Assembly: GCA_043228905.1 (NCBI GenBank)
Contig: JBHGNT010000004.1
Span: 1,984,001-2,048,000, forward strand
Source: Azolla caroliniana
Taxonomy: Eukaryota; Plantae; Polypodiophyta
Direction of reading: 5' to 3'
DNA: 64,000 nt
Shown here: positions 34,612 through 49,800 of the stretch, one piece after another
Position numbering within the stretch: position 1 is the first letter of the stretch
How the letters are laid out: each line of letters starts with the position of its first letter
The notes under the pieces: generated by a model
The model's input: the letters and a program-made list of their open reading frames with translations, nothing else
Database searches by the model: none
What the model was told of the DNA's origin: nothing
Program-made: the position numbers and the translations under genes

Positions 34612-37347
34612 TCATTGTTGTCGTTTTCTATTGCAAAGGATCAAACAAAGCATTGCGATAAACCTTGCGACAAAACCCATGATAAAAAGGACACTTAAAC
34701 ATAGTCCCCAATCATTTAAATCATACGCAGCGCCAGCAAGAAAAACGCATCTCGTGATAAGCCAAACACCAGAATATCTGCATTGCAGATGAAGAAACCA
34801 CAAAACACGATATTGATTAATGACACTCTAACATAGGGCAAGCTCATAATAATAAGAGATTGCAAACATTCTTTACTATGTGAATACGATGCACTGCTAG
34901 AGTTTCCATTTCAAACCAAATGGTTTTATGGTTTACCGTTAAGGTTTTATCATTTGGGGTTTAGGGTTTTAAAAAATCTCATGCATATTTTACACATATT
35001 GACATTTCCTTGCTTTCAAACTGCAAAAATTTAGGGGGTAACTTGCAACTACCCTAATCATTTTCCATATTTGAGCTTCTTTTCTGGCGATATTTGTTAC
35101 AAGGTTGATGGAGAAAAAACTGAAATATGCATTGCATGGAATCAAATGAACTAAATACAAATTACATCAAGGAAGCTTTTACCTCCTGGCATTTGCAATT
35201 ACATATGCTTCGAGCACCCAACGGGCATATGTTGCATATTGTACTATTCGAAAAAATCTTGAGGTACCTTTCTTTGTCGCAATAAGAGTAAATATGATAG
35301 GAAGAAAGACAGACCACTGCGCACACAAAAACAGAAAACTTTGGCATCAGCAGTACGTATTTCACTATCAATATGGAGCATACATGAACACTGAAACAGT
35401 ATGTTATCCCCAGCCCCCTTTAACATAAGGCAAATCCCCCATAAAACTCTGGATTCGTTTGGTATTCACCAGAATACCCCTAAGCTTTCAAAACATACCA
35501 AAACATTTGCAGGAGTATTTCCTGTGTTTTTTCCTTCAACTTATCAGCAATAGTTGTAAACCTTTACTCATGAATCATTCTTCAATATTCCCAATTTTCT
35601 GTCATTCACTTAATCTTGTGCTGCTTATTTTCTAGTTTCACTTTCTCCCAATGTTTTTTTAAAATACACAATATTCGTCTAGATTACCAGCTGGGCAGGT
35701 CCAGCTTCAGATACAATAGCAAAGATGTAGGCAATTCCCGTTACACAGTACACTAAAGCCAAAGTCACGATGTAGTTCTCAACGAAAGTAGATCGGGGAT
35801 TGTTGAAGAAGTAAAACATCGACAAGAAGACCACAGGCTTAATAAGTGTATTGAAATGATCCACGGTATCTTTCGCTAGGAAATAGGCTACTCGGTTAAT
35901 GCTCGATGCACTCTCACGCCAATACTGTAGCTTGTCATTTGAAAAGGTCCTTAAGGCCGAGATCATAGAAAGAAGAGCTGCAATACAATAGTATGTTCAT
36001 TTGAAACCACTAATTCAGATAGTAATCTTTGTGGCTATCATTTTCATTAGCAAAGATATTAAATAGTGATTTTGAGGAGCTTACATAATGCAATAATTAA
36101 GTATGTATAGTTGTTTGACCCCAGATTTGAATCTTTAGAAGGAGTGATCAGCCCTAAACATGCCCCTGCCAGGAGCAAGATTAGATAATCTTGTGTCTGT
36201 AATCTAGCTTCTCGGAACCGTTGAAGGGAAAGCCTGGTACATGGAACAAATCCAAAATTATTTCACACAACGGAATAAATATGCTTGACACAAAGTGCAC
36301 CAGACAGATATGTGATTAGAGATAAATGTAGGAGAAATTTCAGGCTTTGATACTTGTGCTATTTAAGGATCAAAATTTGCAGCAAAAGGGAATCTTAGCT
36401 GTTTGGCTTTCAATCAAACCAGGAAAATTTAAACATATAACCCTACCTGCTGATAATCAGCTTCAACTGACTAAAAAAGCCGAGTGTACGGCGTTGTGAA
36501 AAGTCCTCGGTGTGGCTGAAAATGCTCCTGAAATCATCCCACTTGACCTCCCAAAAGGAAGTAAACTCTTGCCAAAGCTCTTGCCTAAAAGAATTTCTTG
36601 AACCGATAATCCTTGAAACTTCATGCTCTTCATTTCTCGACTTTGATGACTTGTCTAAACTTGATGCTAGAGCTTGTAAGTCATCTGGAATAGGATATTT
36701 GTTGTGCTGGATCCACTTCAGAGGAAGAACCTTAGGATCAAAGTCAGGATTCCCATCAGGTTTAGCAATACCCTCCAAGACATCCATGAAATGATCTGGT
36801 GGATTTATACGGTCAGGAACAAGTATCTTCATGGAAGCGAAGTACTCCTCCACATCATCTACTGGTCCCAAATATACCGTTCGTCCACCTTTTGCAAGGA
36901 GCATAACATCATCGAAGAGCCGGAATAGGCCATAGCTGCCAGCATTCAATAGATTGATAAGATTACTTAATCAACAGCTGAAGTAAAATATAAAACAATG
37001 CCAGTATTAAATGACAAAGATGGGGCCTTCTTTCCCAAATTCCAACCTTGGCTGATGGAGAACAACTCCAACGTTTACCCCCTCTAATGCTTCTCTTCTT
37101 AAAGCTTTCAACACAAATTGTGAGGATGTACTATCCAGACCCGATGTTGGTTCATCCAGAATCAAAAGAGAAGGCTCCATAACCATCTCTAACCCAACAT
37201 TCACTCTTTTCCTCTGCCCTCCAGAAATCCCTCTTTTTTCAACTGTCCCAACTTTAGAACTTCGGATAGCTGAAAGACCGAGGGAATCAATGATGCGTTC
37301 AACAACCAACACTTGTTCTGCCTTCGTCATTTCCACAGGCAGCCTAG

Positions 37348-37424
<77 letters not shown>

Positions 37425-40400
37425 ATATCTATATCTATATACATACACAGATATATATATATATATATGAACATCGAATAGAGAGTATACCTGTAACGGG
37501 CACTGAACCAAAGATTCTCCTCTACAGTCAGATTACCGTGGACTATATCATCTTGAGGCACAAAACCAATAATCTTTTTGTAGCAACTAATAGGATCTGC
37601 TTTCCCATTAATCAATATGACCCCCGTGGTAGTGCTGCTGTAGGCTTTCCCAGCCAAAGCATTTAAGAAGGTAGTCTTTCCAGCACCAGAAGGTCCCATT
37701 ACAGCGGTTACCCGTCCTGGTGATAGTTTACCTGTGACACCACACAGAATCTTTCTCCCACTCCCTTTCAAGAACAAGGAGAGATCTTTGAAAACAATTT
37801 CGAGCTGCATGCGTCTACTTTGCACTTGTTCTTGTCCTGCCTGAAGGATCACATCATTCCATCCATACCGTTTTTTCTGCAATGCCTTCTCTCTTGCAAT
37901 CTCTGCATAAGCATACCTCAAAATCTGACTTTTCGTCTGAGGAACAGATTTCTTCTTTGCACTCGGGTTGTGTCCACTACCCGGGACAGGTGGCACTTCG
38001 ACAGGCTCATATAAATCTTCTTCTATCTCCATTTCTTGTGGTCCAATATTGATTCTTGGAAATCTTCCACTTTCACGATTCTCACCGGTAGACCTAGTTC
38101 TACTATGGTCACTAGAATCTGAGCCCAAAGTATTCCGAGAAGCTAAAACTTGCAGCTCTTCTGAGCCCCTAGTATAGCGCCGTGATAAAGAAGAGCTAAT
38201 CCGTTTCGCAGTATCGATAGCAAACTTCCACCTTTCAACTGCATTGAAATGTTCCCGAACCTGTCGCACAGCTTTTTCACGTGACTTCATTTTCCGCTTC
38301 TCACGGAGGTGCATCACATGGTCAGAGCAGTTATACACAAGCATCAGGATTGTTGCCAACCCTACCTACATGAACAATACAATGTCAAACTAATTAGGAT
38401 ATAACAGCTCCTAATAGCATTCCCTTGGCATTTTGTGATTCTATGTTCCCTACATGGATAATACCCATGATAGCATTGATTCTTTGAAGTTTTCTCCATT
38501 TTGCTAGCCGAAAACCCTCTCAACATCCTTATTATAAGGAAAAAAAAGTGTGTGAGAGAGAGAGAGAGACGAAAATGGCCATATCATTGTAGTCCAAGGA
38601 ATCTTCACTGCATGCAATTCCCTATAAACTCTTCACTGTGTGAAACATACTGAAAATCTTTCTAATTCGAAAACCTCCAGGTTTTCTAAACAGAAGCCAC
38701 TATAGCAGTAACACTATCCATACATATTTGTTTGGCTTCATCTTGAAAGTAGCTAGGTACAAGAGATGTGTATCCGTATGTTTGAACATATACATACATA
38801 AAAACAGTGAAAGAGACCTTTCATAAGTAATGCACACGTAATGATCAATATTCAGGGCATTTGACTTGGAAAAGGTTTAAGTTCAGATATCATACGATAA
38901 TCATGAGACCATAACTCTGGATATTTTGGGTGGTAGCTTGAGCATCACATGATACTAGAAGATAGCATTCTGCAACATAGGGAGGAAACAACTCAAATAA
39001 GAAAAAGTGTTCGACGAACAACATTAAAATTTCAGAATTGCATTTAATGCTTACTTTTCTCTATTGTTGATCCTTGCCTACAATAATACCTGCCAACCAA
39101 GAAATAGAGAGCTCAGGTTTTATACCAGTAGTAAGATTGTTGTCTGATGCATAAACAATTCCCAAGGAGTCTTACCCCTTATCACATTCGCGTATATCAG
39201 TGGGACCTGGACAGTAAGAACCTCCAGGACAAAAAATGCCATTAGAGTTGGGACGGTTTGCCCAAAGATTTGCACCTCCACAAGTATAGTTTCTACCAGG
39301 TGTCAACGGATAGTTGTATCTAATTAAAAACAAGGACATTTATTGAAATCTCTTTGAACAGTAGATTTTGTATTCCAGTAGAAACATACATACAAAGGAT
39401 TCCATGACTACACAGAATGTCATTGACAATGGGAATGGACACAACTACAACAAGTTACACATTATTAAGACTCAAAACAAACAATCTCTCGGAAGCAAGA
39501 ATGAGAAATGCAATTTGTGCAATGCAATGTCCCTGAAAGTGTTGAAGTTTTTTCTTGCAGTTCATTGATTTTGTGTTTTAACTGGAAGCAATATATATGA
39601 AGTTACATATTTTCGAATAGGAACTAAGAAAGGCCTTATACATGTCGTCACACATGAGCCAAGTTAGTTCTGCCTCAAGTGCCCACAACAAATGACACAA
39701 ATGCATATAAGTCACTCAACAAGTTGGCCAAGGATTCGGGATCATACGTAGGATTCCATTAGACTCCAGCAGAAGCACTTGGAATATTCTTGGATGCCAA
39801 CTTTGCCTTGGTGAACTCAGAAGTTAGGAGACTTCTTCAAATATTCCTTCCTGAAGGACACATTTGGTCATGTCGGTGCCCAGTCAGGTGAGGCATACAT
39901 GTTGGTTGGCTTTCAAAACCCATATAAATCTCCAACCTCTAGGAAGTCTTGCCTAATCACAATCCCTCATAAAATTCCCCATACTTTCCCTATTTGAAAA
40001 ACGTTAGATAGATGTAGTCCTCTAACCTGCCTCTTCATTTCCAGTTTGTTCCAAATTGATCTATTACTCTCCAACCTCTAGGAAGTCTTGCCTAATCACA
40101 ATCCCTCATAAAATTCCCCATACTTTCCCTATTTGAAAAACGTTAGATAGATGTAGTCCTCTAACCTGCCTCTTCATTTCCAGTTTGTTCCAAATTGATC
40201 TATTACTCATCCTAGGCTTCATTATAGCAATTTGCACCCATACAACAACAAAAATACAGCCATATTGAGACTATTGAGACTTTATTGTAGCCAAAGTCTG
40301 AGGATCCATGGGTATGTGAGAGCACAGGCTTCTTTTTAATCAAATCAATTGTTGTCCTACTTTTCTTTGTCATTTCTTCCGTTAAAGGTGTGCATAATGC

Positions 40401-43400
40401 ACATGCTCTTGCCAACTTCAAGGTCCTCTCGCTAGAATACAATGTTTAATGGTGGCTCCTATTCCATGAACACCCAAAGAAGAATCCGTGTAAATTACAA
40501 AGAGCATCACTAAGTTTGTCCAAATAGACAGTGAAATGCCTTCATGGTGTGGTGATGTTTACGACAAGTATCCAATGAGTTCTGAGTTTTTCCATATGAG
40601 TGATGTCTAAAAGTTAATATTTGCATTAAAGAAAAGCCACCGAATCCAGGGTCCTTCCAATCATTGACTAAGACCTGTGAATTCCCAAATCTTGCCAGCA
40701 AAACAGTAAGATTAGAAATATATATTTTATATATGTGCAAGAAATTACCATATAAACTCTCACAATATTTTCACAATATACAATGGTCACCAAAGGTATA
40801 CGCATTACGATATTTTCAAATGTATCTGCTGATTTTTTCAAATAATCAAAGATGTTTATACCTTTACACACATTCTTGTATTTTCTTTTAAAACGTTGAA
40901 AACATGCTAATGGAATGCTCCTTCAGTTCGCTTGTTTAAAATCATCATATCATCATATAAACATCATTGTATCAAAGGAAAAATCCAGAACAATGCATAC
41001 ATACGGGAAACAAAGACCTTGATATTGCGTTGCTTTTGGGCACTGAGCTCCTAAGGGACAAGCTGGAGTAAATGAAAAAAACAAAAGTGCAATTAGAAAT
41101 TTGAACCTTTTGTTGTCCTCTCCCTTTTCTTTCAAGAAAACAGGACTGCATTTAACTGAAATCTCTCTTTCTCTCTTTTCTTAAATCTCTCTTTTGCTTG
41201 TTTTGAGAGCAGGCCTCATTATAACTGTATTAAAAATACCAGAGAATCACTGCGTAATTTAGTATTATCCCCCATCCACCATCAAATGATGAAGTAATCC
41301 TAGTGCGAATTTGGAGGAAAAACAACTTTAAATAAAAGAAGCTCTAATAGATGCAAAGCAAACAAGCAGCCATGATGAACAATATATACAAGACACTACA
41401 TGCAAACTTCAAAATATTTCAGCAAGGTTGAGCCGTGAATGGGGTGCATATTTCCATGTGACAAACCAAAAACCAAGTCAAACAAAAAACACATATTTCT
41501 CCAAGCTGTAAGAAAGCATACATTTAAATCTGCTTCATTTTCTTTTGTTTTTTCTGCATTGGCGCTGTACCCCAGTGGTAAGCCACATTTTTAGAAAAGA
41601 CGTGCACCAGGCTCAAGATGCATTAAATGCACTATGATTTATTAGATGACACTGCAGAATGTATAAGTAAAACGCATGCCTTCTGGTCTCGACCAGAAAC
41701 CTTACCAACTAATCTTCATTTCTCTCTCTCCTCCATTATATATAGGGTTTCATGTGTTTTTGCTTCCAGGGCTTCATAGCACATTTATTCATTTGACTTG
41801 CTGATCATTCATTTGAGATATCATTGTTAGGTCTCACAGAGCCATGTTGGCCTCTTAGACACATATCTTTCTTTCATTCTCTCCCTTAAGGACATCATAA
41901 AGTGTGATCACTTCTTTGGTCTCATAGGCCATTTTGGCCCCAATAATATATTTTTCTTTCTCTCTAATCGATCCATTTTGATGGGTTACAATTTGAGAAG
42001 GCCCAAGATGGCTATGGATTGATTGATGAGCATTTATCTATGCCCATCACACCTTGGCCCCACTTCTTGCACCCATCTTTCAATAAAGTGTGAAGGCTTA
42101 CCTAATAGCGGGACAGAACATAGCATTGTATGGATATTCAAGAGTACACTTGATTAGCCATTACTTGGCTAAACTATATTGTACTGTCCTAGAGTTAGAT
42201 TTGCATGTATGGGCATAGAGAAATGGGTGCCATTTTCAGCTAGACAGGCAGGTTAGGAAGGGATTCACAAATTTGCATCACATACTGACCTTCCAAGCAA
42301 GCCCTTACTGAGGAGGAAGATACATAAGATGAGATTCCATTGTTGTTTTGCAGATTTCCAGAAAGTCTTCAATACTCCATCAGTGCTCTACTCATGCAGT
42401 GACTATATATGCAATGAAGAATCTATGCACAATATGAATCAGTGTCAGAAAAAGTGTGCACTCCTATTGGATTGTCCGAGGCTGTGGCTCGCACAATTAG
42501 AGTAAAACAAGGCTTCCGACTATCACTCACTCTCTTTGGTCTTTAATACATATTTATATAGGTGAGATATCTAATTGCATATAGAAATTGGGGAACTTGG
42601 GAGCATGCTCAGCAGGGGTAGTCATATTGATAATACTATATGCTGATGACATTTTTTATCAACTCTTCTGAGGAACTACAAAGATATCTAAATGCTCTAA
42701 AGTTCTTTTCTATAGACAAAGATGTATTGGCCAACCTTGATAAAACAGAAGTGATGGCGTTTGACATCACTCAAGTATGAGTAACAAGATCAAAACTGGA
42801 ATTGTTCTTGGGAGAGGAAAAGGTGTTGCAAGACCCATGAATTTGAGAAGGTGTTACTACATTTATAAAACCAACTCTTCTTTAAAGAGTAGAAATTTTA
42901 GAGGCGGGCCTTCATAGGGCACATATCTAAACAAATTCAGAGTGACCTTTAGTTTCCATGATTGATCGCATGGTAAGGAGCAAAGCACCAGTGTCCAGTG
43001 ATATAATCTAGGAGGAGATGGGAGAAGCTGCAATAGTGGTGACTAGCAATACCACTAGCAATATTCAAATCAATGACCAATATCCAAAGGATTTGGGAGC
43101 TCGTAAGCAAAGGTACCAGGACTAGCACATTTGTCAATAAAACAGCTTGTTGAAAATGGAAATAATCATTATTGATATGTTGCAACAAAAGAATGGTTCC
43201 AGTTGCAAGGCTTAAGTATAAACACACTACTCACATTCCAATATAGATTGTATTGTCAACATCTGAACATGATTAAAGTGGAATAGAATAAAGAGCTTCG
43301 AGCCAATATTAACAAATTGAATAGTGGATCAGCCCTACAACATCTTTTGGTAGGACAATGGACCACTATAAGTCACCCTTTTTACACACATTGCAGGATG

Positions 43401-46400
43401 TATTTAGCATCAGACCTTTTTATATGGATATATATTTCTCATGCACTCCGCAGCATAATAGGGGCATCTCAGGACATCTTCACATCAGTTAGAAATTAAA
43501 ATAGACAAATACACATGTAAATCTATGGAAGAACAGATCTACTGATTGTGCCATCAGGGGTGTAATCAGAAGAACACTATGGCTGACATAGTGTCTTTTT
43601 TATGAAATAAGAGGGAGATACCATTGCCTCTTCAAACAAGGCTTCAGCCCACAATATAGGGTAATGGAATACAAAGAACAACAATACTTGAGACTATTCT
43701 TGCCAGAGCTCAAGAGACATACAAAGAAGGTTCTGATAGACAATATACAACCATTACAGCTCGTAAACAAACAAGCATGCTTCATCACTCCTTAGGCTAC
43801 AAGGGCTTCTAGGGCTACATGCAGGATGCTTGAAAGGGGCAGCGATAGGTCATACAATAGCAATGTGTCATGCACATATGCTATGGCCCTGACACCCTTG
43901 CCATCAATAAGTGAAGGCCATGGTCACCCAGCACCGTAGCTCTTTTTGTTTTGGCTTTATTGTCCCCAAAGGTAAAACAACATTTTAACATGTAATCCTT
44001 GTTCACTCTCAATTACCATTTTGACCCCCTAAAAGAAATTGAAAATCTTCTTTCTTTCTCATTTAAAAGTCATCAACATGATCATTCTCTTGATATATAC
44101 CTTTCTTTTCTTCCTAGTCCCCCACACGAGGCCCCACGTTCCTTTATTTTAGTGATCCACACACATGGCCATACAAACATATATGTATGTATGATTCTAC
44201 AAATGTATTTAAATGTGGAAAATGTGTGCATAACATAATGTGTGTGTTATGTACATATTGTATGTATGCCTATCTATTGAAAAAAAGGTTTATAAATTGT
44301 CACTCACGAATCATGCAAGGTAAACCCCGTGGACAAAAGAACCCCCCACAGCAAGGGCGTGCAATCCCACCACGAAAGAGGATGGTAGTTGTATTTTGGT
44401 ATAGATCATTCATTGATTGGACATTTTCCAGACCCTTTGACCAACCATCTTCACATGCTTGATCCCAATGAGTAAGATTGCAATTCAGATTTGATATAGG
44501 TTGGGTTGCTTCTCCAGTTTCTGCACTCTTTGTAAGATTCACAAGTGAACTTACATACAAATTGATTTCACCAGCACTGCACATCATGTTCAACATTTCC
44601 CCTGAAATTAGAAAATAGGATGTCGCTTGTTAATTTCAACATTATATATTAGGTTTGTTACTTCCGTTATTTGCAGAAACATATTAATCTCAGTTTCTAA
44701 AATAGTTCTGTTTTCCTTTCCAATTTTCACTTCCATCATGTTTCATGTTCTCTAGCATGTCACGAAAACTCTAGACCAAAGCATGTGAAGGGAATTAAGG
44801 CTCATCAGAATACATTAATAAGAAACTATTTACCAGGTAATAATATCATTCCATAAACTACTATCCTATCAAAAGTTTCTAGTATCCCCAAATTTCTTTG
44901 AGGTTGCATTAACATGACAAAGGACACCTCTCACAAATGTGAAAAAGCTCAAGGGAAAAAAATGGTACTGCAGAGAAAAACAAAACAGATTTACAGAAGC
45001 TACCCATGTGGATACTGATAGTTATGTGATCAATTTAAGAAACTAGCATACATACTATTTTTCATTCACTACAAAATCAATAATAGTGAAAGAAAAATAC
45101 TCCTTACCCCCTCATGATAATAAAAAATATAGAGGCTAACCTTCTGTTTCTATGAGACAATCTGTTAAGAATGTCATGTTCTTGCGAAAATCGAACGATG
45201 CATCCTTTTCCTGCTCCCTGCAATGAAAAAAAGCCAGTTAGGATCAGATGATCTCGGCTTACAGATTCACAATAAGGTTTTTTACATTATAAGAGTGCAC
45301 TTTCTATCATCTTCAATAACATATTTACATTATAAGAAACTCTGATACATTTTCTCACGTGGGAACCCACCCACTTTCCATCATTTGATTTGACATTATG
45401 AGATTCTTCAGTTGGAGCCGACCATAACAAACTAGTTGCAGTCAGTGAAAGGGGTGGCTGGTCACTTCGCACAAGCAAACTGGCCTCTTTCTTTTTTGTG
45501 TTTACACATCGTGTTTTCACTAATATCAGCTTAATCCACAAATTCTGGGGAATCATAGCTTATTGGCGCCAAAAACCCCCGATCTCCCAAGTCCCTAACA
45601 AAGTATGTTCACCTCTCTTGGACAGAATCTAATACCTTTAAGTCTTAATCCACTATGCTATAGTTCAGTACCAACCTCTCACTGTTCGTACTTATAGGTC
45701 TAGATCAGACATTGCTAGGTATGATCCACCTCTTTCCAACAAAAACCCACAACATTAGATCTTAATTAGACATTGCTAGGTATGATCCGCCTCTTGGGAC
45801 TACAAAGTCAAAACGCATAATGTTTGGTTTTACTTGAAGCTTGCAACATTTGCTCTGCAGCTTGCCTAAAGAATCTCGTAAGGTTAGGTTCTAATTGATC
45901 ACAATGCCAGGGAAATAATAAGATAACGCAAGGTAATGATCATAGTATGATATTATGTCCTAATCCTAACTTAATCAATCGTACATGCCTGGGATAATCA
46001 TAATGTATTGTTAGTTTCCTGACCTAATTAGCAGGAAAATCATAGTCGTGAAAGCTTCTAAAACTTCTCATCTCTCTCTCTCTCTTTCTCTCGATATATC
46101 GATACATATATTGAGAAAACGAGAGAGACAGAGAGACAGAGAGAGAGAAGACTTACAAGTCACCGATGCAGAACTTGAAATCAGTCGCAAATCTTTCTGT
46201 ATATGAATCTACAGTATAATTTATGCTTGTTAAGAGATCTTGTTGACACTGAGGAAGAGCGTTTGCATCTCTGATGATTGCATCACATGAAGGAGGAACA
46301 TAACTACCAGCAGAAGTAGGGGTAGATTGAGCTTTCACCATAACCATAGATCCTGACAAGAAGAAAAGAAGAAGAAGATGATGATGGTGACGATAAAGTA

Positions 46401-46416
46401 ACCGAGTAGCAGACAT
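34612..46416 (-). CDS. ABCG24/28-like: ABC transporter G family half-transporter with Cys-rich N-terminal ectodomain (ABCG24/ABCG28 clade), 14 exons: 46157-46416, 45141-45217, 44308-44601, 41005-41062, 39176-39319, 39055-39089, 38896-38969, 37491-38365, 37047-37343, 36447-36935, 36085-36233, 35688-35977, 35183-35316, 34612-34777
   Basis: Signal peptide; Cys-rich [33 protein letters not shown]; Walker [10 protein letters not shown]; signature ISGGQRKRV; Walker [12 protein letters not shown]; INPPDHFMD; [22 protein letters not shown]. Junctions are frame-consistent GT-AG. Confidence 0.93.
37353..37423. repeat. (CT)n/(AG)n microsatellite inside ABCG intron 8
   Basis: Direct read; causes the poly-ER stretch in the ORF track. 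Confidence 0.95.
39929..40208. repeat. 139-bp tandem duplication in ABCG intron 4
   Basis: tctccaacctctaggaagtcttgcc at 39929 and 40068. Confidence 0.9.
42300..43910 (+). mobile_element. Decayed LINE reverse transcriptase remnant in ABCG intron 3 (antisense to the gene)
   Basis: Remnant motifs DFQKVFN (DFxKAFD), [13 protein letters not shown] (GVxQGCPLSPxLF) and ILYADDI; many stops and frameshifts. Boundaries approximate. Confidence 0.7.
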
Positions 46417-46798
46417 TGTTTCTTGTGCGAAATTGGATTTGGGTTTTTTTTCTCCTATCTGCGTATCTTCATAAATCGTCACATTTCTTCATGAATCATT
46501 AGATTTCCAACCAAGTAACAACGATAAATGTGCATTTTTCCTCAGCCAAGGTTCGATGCCTCCAATCAGATTTCTTCATAAATCACTCGGTTTCTTCATA
46601 AATAGTCAAATTTGTTTGGTTTCACAAAATCTTTACCAAAAAGTGATTACTTTTTGTGAGACCTGGATTTTTTCTATTTGAATCTGTCAGAATGGAGGTC
46701 TTCTGTGAAGAATCTGAGAAAACATATGTGTGTGTGTTAGTTTTTAACAGGCAGAATGTACAGAACAAAAGGAGGAGAGAGAGTTGACGTCTGATGAT

Positions 46799-46800
<2 letters not shown>

Positions 46801-46870
<70 letters not shown>
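46801..46870. repeat. (CT)n(CA)n microsatellite upstream of ABCG
   Basis: Direct read. Confidence 0.95.
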
Positions 46871-46871
<1 letters not shown>

Positions 46872-49800
46872 GAGCTTGGCCTTCCTGCTTCCTTTTTGTC
46901 ACTTCCTGCCCTGTTTCCATTAGCCTTCATTTTCAAACAAACACCCTCTTTAATTTCCAAAGGATTAATGAAGACTTCTCTTTGTCAATTCCTTTTACAA
47001 TGACTATGCAAAACCAACTCCTCCTTATCTGGCCCTCTGCGCCCACCGCGATCATCAATTCCCGCATTAAGAAGATACTCACTCACCCATGTGGTTCCTA
47101 CCTAAGATTGTCCACGCGGTGCTTGCTTAGTCGCCTCATCTTTCTTGTACATGCCAAGGAGTGATTTGAAAACCAATGTGACCGATCGTATTAGTAACCA
47201 TTGTCTTACTTTGAAGAGTTAATAGATCATGGATTGACCCATTCCCTTCGGCATCGGCACATTCTTGAACACATTTTGAGAGATCATAGTTTGGGCGTAC
47301 ACCTAAACAATTTACAAAACATCAACCCATCATATTGATGAGCAACAAAGATAATCGTGTTGGTTATGGGTTGGGAATCGAGACAGTTATCCTAGGCATG
47401 ATTTTGTCATGTGTTGGACATTGTCATTGATAGTTATCTATGGACAAAGTTTGCCAATATGCCAAATATCGATCCACTAAATTGACTTTGCTTATGCTCA
47501 CAATTGAGTGAATACTAGCTATGCATCTTGTATCGACTCTCATTTCTCCTCTCTTGATTCAGGGCCTCCAACATGTGAATGCATACTTATATGAAGGAGG
47601 TATTTTAAGTTTTTCCAACTTAGGCTACATTTAGATGAACAACTTAATGTGCTCATACCAAAGGGCATTCACATGATGTATATTCAATCTCTAGTATGGA
47701 CCTTCGCATTGGGTCAAACACTAGACGTGTCCATCTCAATGCTTAGGGTTATCGAATTTGCCTTAATCACGAAAATATAGGTTTGCTTTGTGCCATGCCT
47801 TCTTTATAAATTGAGATCCGAGAATGGCGCTGCGAATTGCCTTCGAATTATTAAAATGCAGTCAATGACCATTTTTCTCTTGGAACGTGCACAACAATAC
47901 TAATATTTTCTTGAGAAAACATTCGTATTGCATAATATCATTTTATGCCATGTCCTACTGATTCATGTGTCCAATTTATAGTGGTTTTGTTTTCTTACAG
48001 CGTAAACTTAACAAGTAGTGTTGGTCCACGTATTCAAGTTCTTTTCTTATGCAAAAATAACATTATTATATAAGAGAATGAGTTATACATGTTGATGCCA
48101 TGATTTCCTAAGCATCACCACCATGCTAACTCGCCTAACTACAAAACCCCCCTTTCCGAATCCCAACGAAGGTAAAAAGTTCATGCTCATTAAAAGTTAC
48201 CAAACTTGACATATTATGCTTTATGTGCCAAACTTCCACATGATCATTGTCTTCCTTTTGAAGACCAGCTTATCCACTTTATCTTCGTTCAGTTTCAAGA
48301 CCTTATGCAAGTTGTTTCATTTTGTCATTATTCCAGAATGCAATAAACGTCTTAATCCATGCACTTTTATATTCATTTACATAGTTAAAAATGTATAGGA
48401 CACGTGTAAGAATGTATATATCTTCGATGAGATTGTAATAATAGGCTTTTTTGGGTTGGGTAGAGCAATTGAAGAAAACTCTCAACCTTGGGTCCACATT
48501 TAGGACACATTTCATAAATTATGACCTTGTTTACATGGGGGAAACCGTGGACAAATGCAAAATACCAGTGGTTATTGTGGGCTTATTGAAGTCCATATTT
48601 GCTTAGCTCTATAATCCTAGTGATAAGTGAACAAATGTGTTTTTTTAATCTCTTTAACCGTGTCATAGGCCCCAACGCGAGAGAGTAGGGATGGGATTTT
48701 GTTGAACCTCTTGTCCGTACTTCCACGTATTGATATCCATGGGAGATTCAAAGTGGAATTCTTTCTATGGTTATTGTGTCATTATAGTACCTAAACTTTA
48801 AAGTCTATCGAGCTTGTATTGGCTTTTGTTATCTTTGTTGAATATAGGAATATCCAAATAAGGTCTATTGTTCCAGTTTCTTACATGCAAAACAAATTAT
48901 TTGTTCAAAGCTTGCACGCATAAAAATAAGTGTGTAAAATTTGGGGCCAAGGGTATGTCTCAGTTCAAATTTCATATTGTAATTGTACGAGGAATGAATG
49001 GATTAGAATATATTTTGAAGTTTGGAAAGAAAAGTGTGACCAAGTTCCAATGAACTTTTTATAAATGTTGAGGGTATGGGAAATGTATGAACAATATCTA
49101 TGGAACCCCTCATATCTAACAAACACTTTCTTGTGCTAAAGTAGTTTAGAATGTTAGGAGCTCACAATGCATGAACTCGAACAAGTAATCATAAGGACGT
49201 GAAATATTTAAACCAAAACAACGAATCACAATAACTGATAAATCATTTATTACATTTGTTCAAACCCTTGATTAAGTCTTTAATCGTTATTAGTTTATCT
49301 CTTTGTAAATCATGATTTAATAAATATTCCAATATTTAATAATGTGATTATAGTATCATTACCCCCTCTAATCCATTGCATAAGTACCTTAACCCCTCCA
49401 TTAATTTCTCTGTACTCAACCCATTGTATATACTGCTTTAACCCCTTGTATACCCTATCACAATCTAATAGCTATCTTACCACAACCCCTTCACTATTCT
49501 TAAATTTAATTCGATGTTGAGAGACATCCTTAATCCAAATCTTAATCATTTCATGGGAGATTACTCGAAGAGATATTAAAGATAAAACATGATGGTGATT
49601 TTTCAATGTAACATTAGTAGCTTTATTCAAGTTAAATCCATCGATCTACTTTTCCCTTTTAACGGTGCATGAGGTTTTGACTGTGAAGGATTGCAATCAT
49701 GTCCAAGGCACAAGCATGCAGATAACAACTAACTAAAACAATTTAATGCATGCCACTTTGATGCCATGATGTCCTCACAATCCCCGTAAGGCCATTAGTT

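Noticed and set aside
37007-38359. 450-aa ORF with poly-ER as a single exon
   Set aside because: Reads through a GT-AG intron (37344-37490) containing the microsatellite
39600-40700. Possible decayed retroelement coding sequence in ABCG intron 4
   Set aside because: No diagnostic motif could be read with confidence
45300-46050. Possible gypsy LTR/PBS remnant (minus strand ttttTGGCGCC near 45560; short direct repeat at 45707/45768)
   Set aside because: No definable LTR ends, TSD or coding remnants; too weak to call
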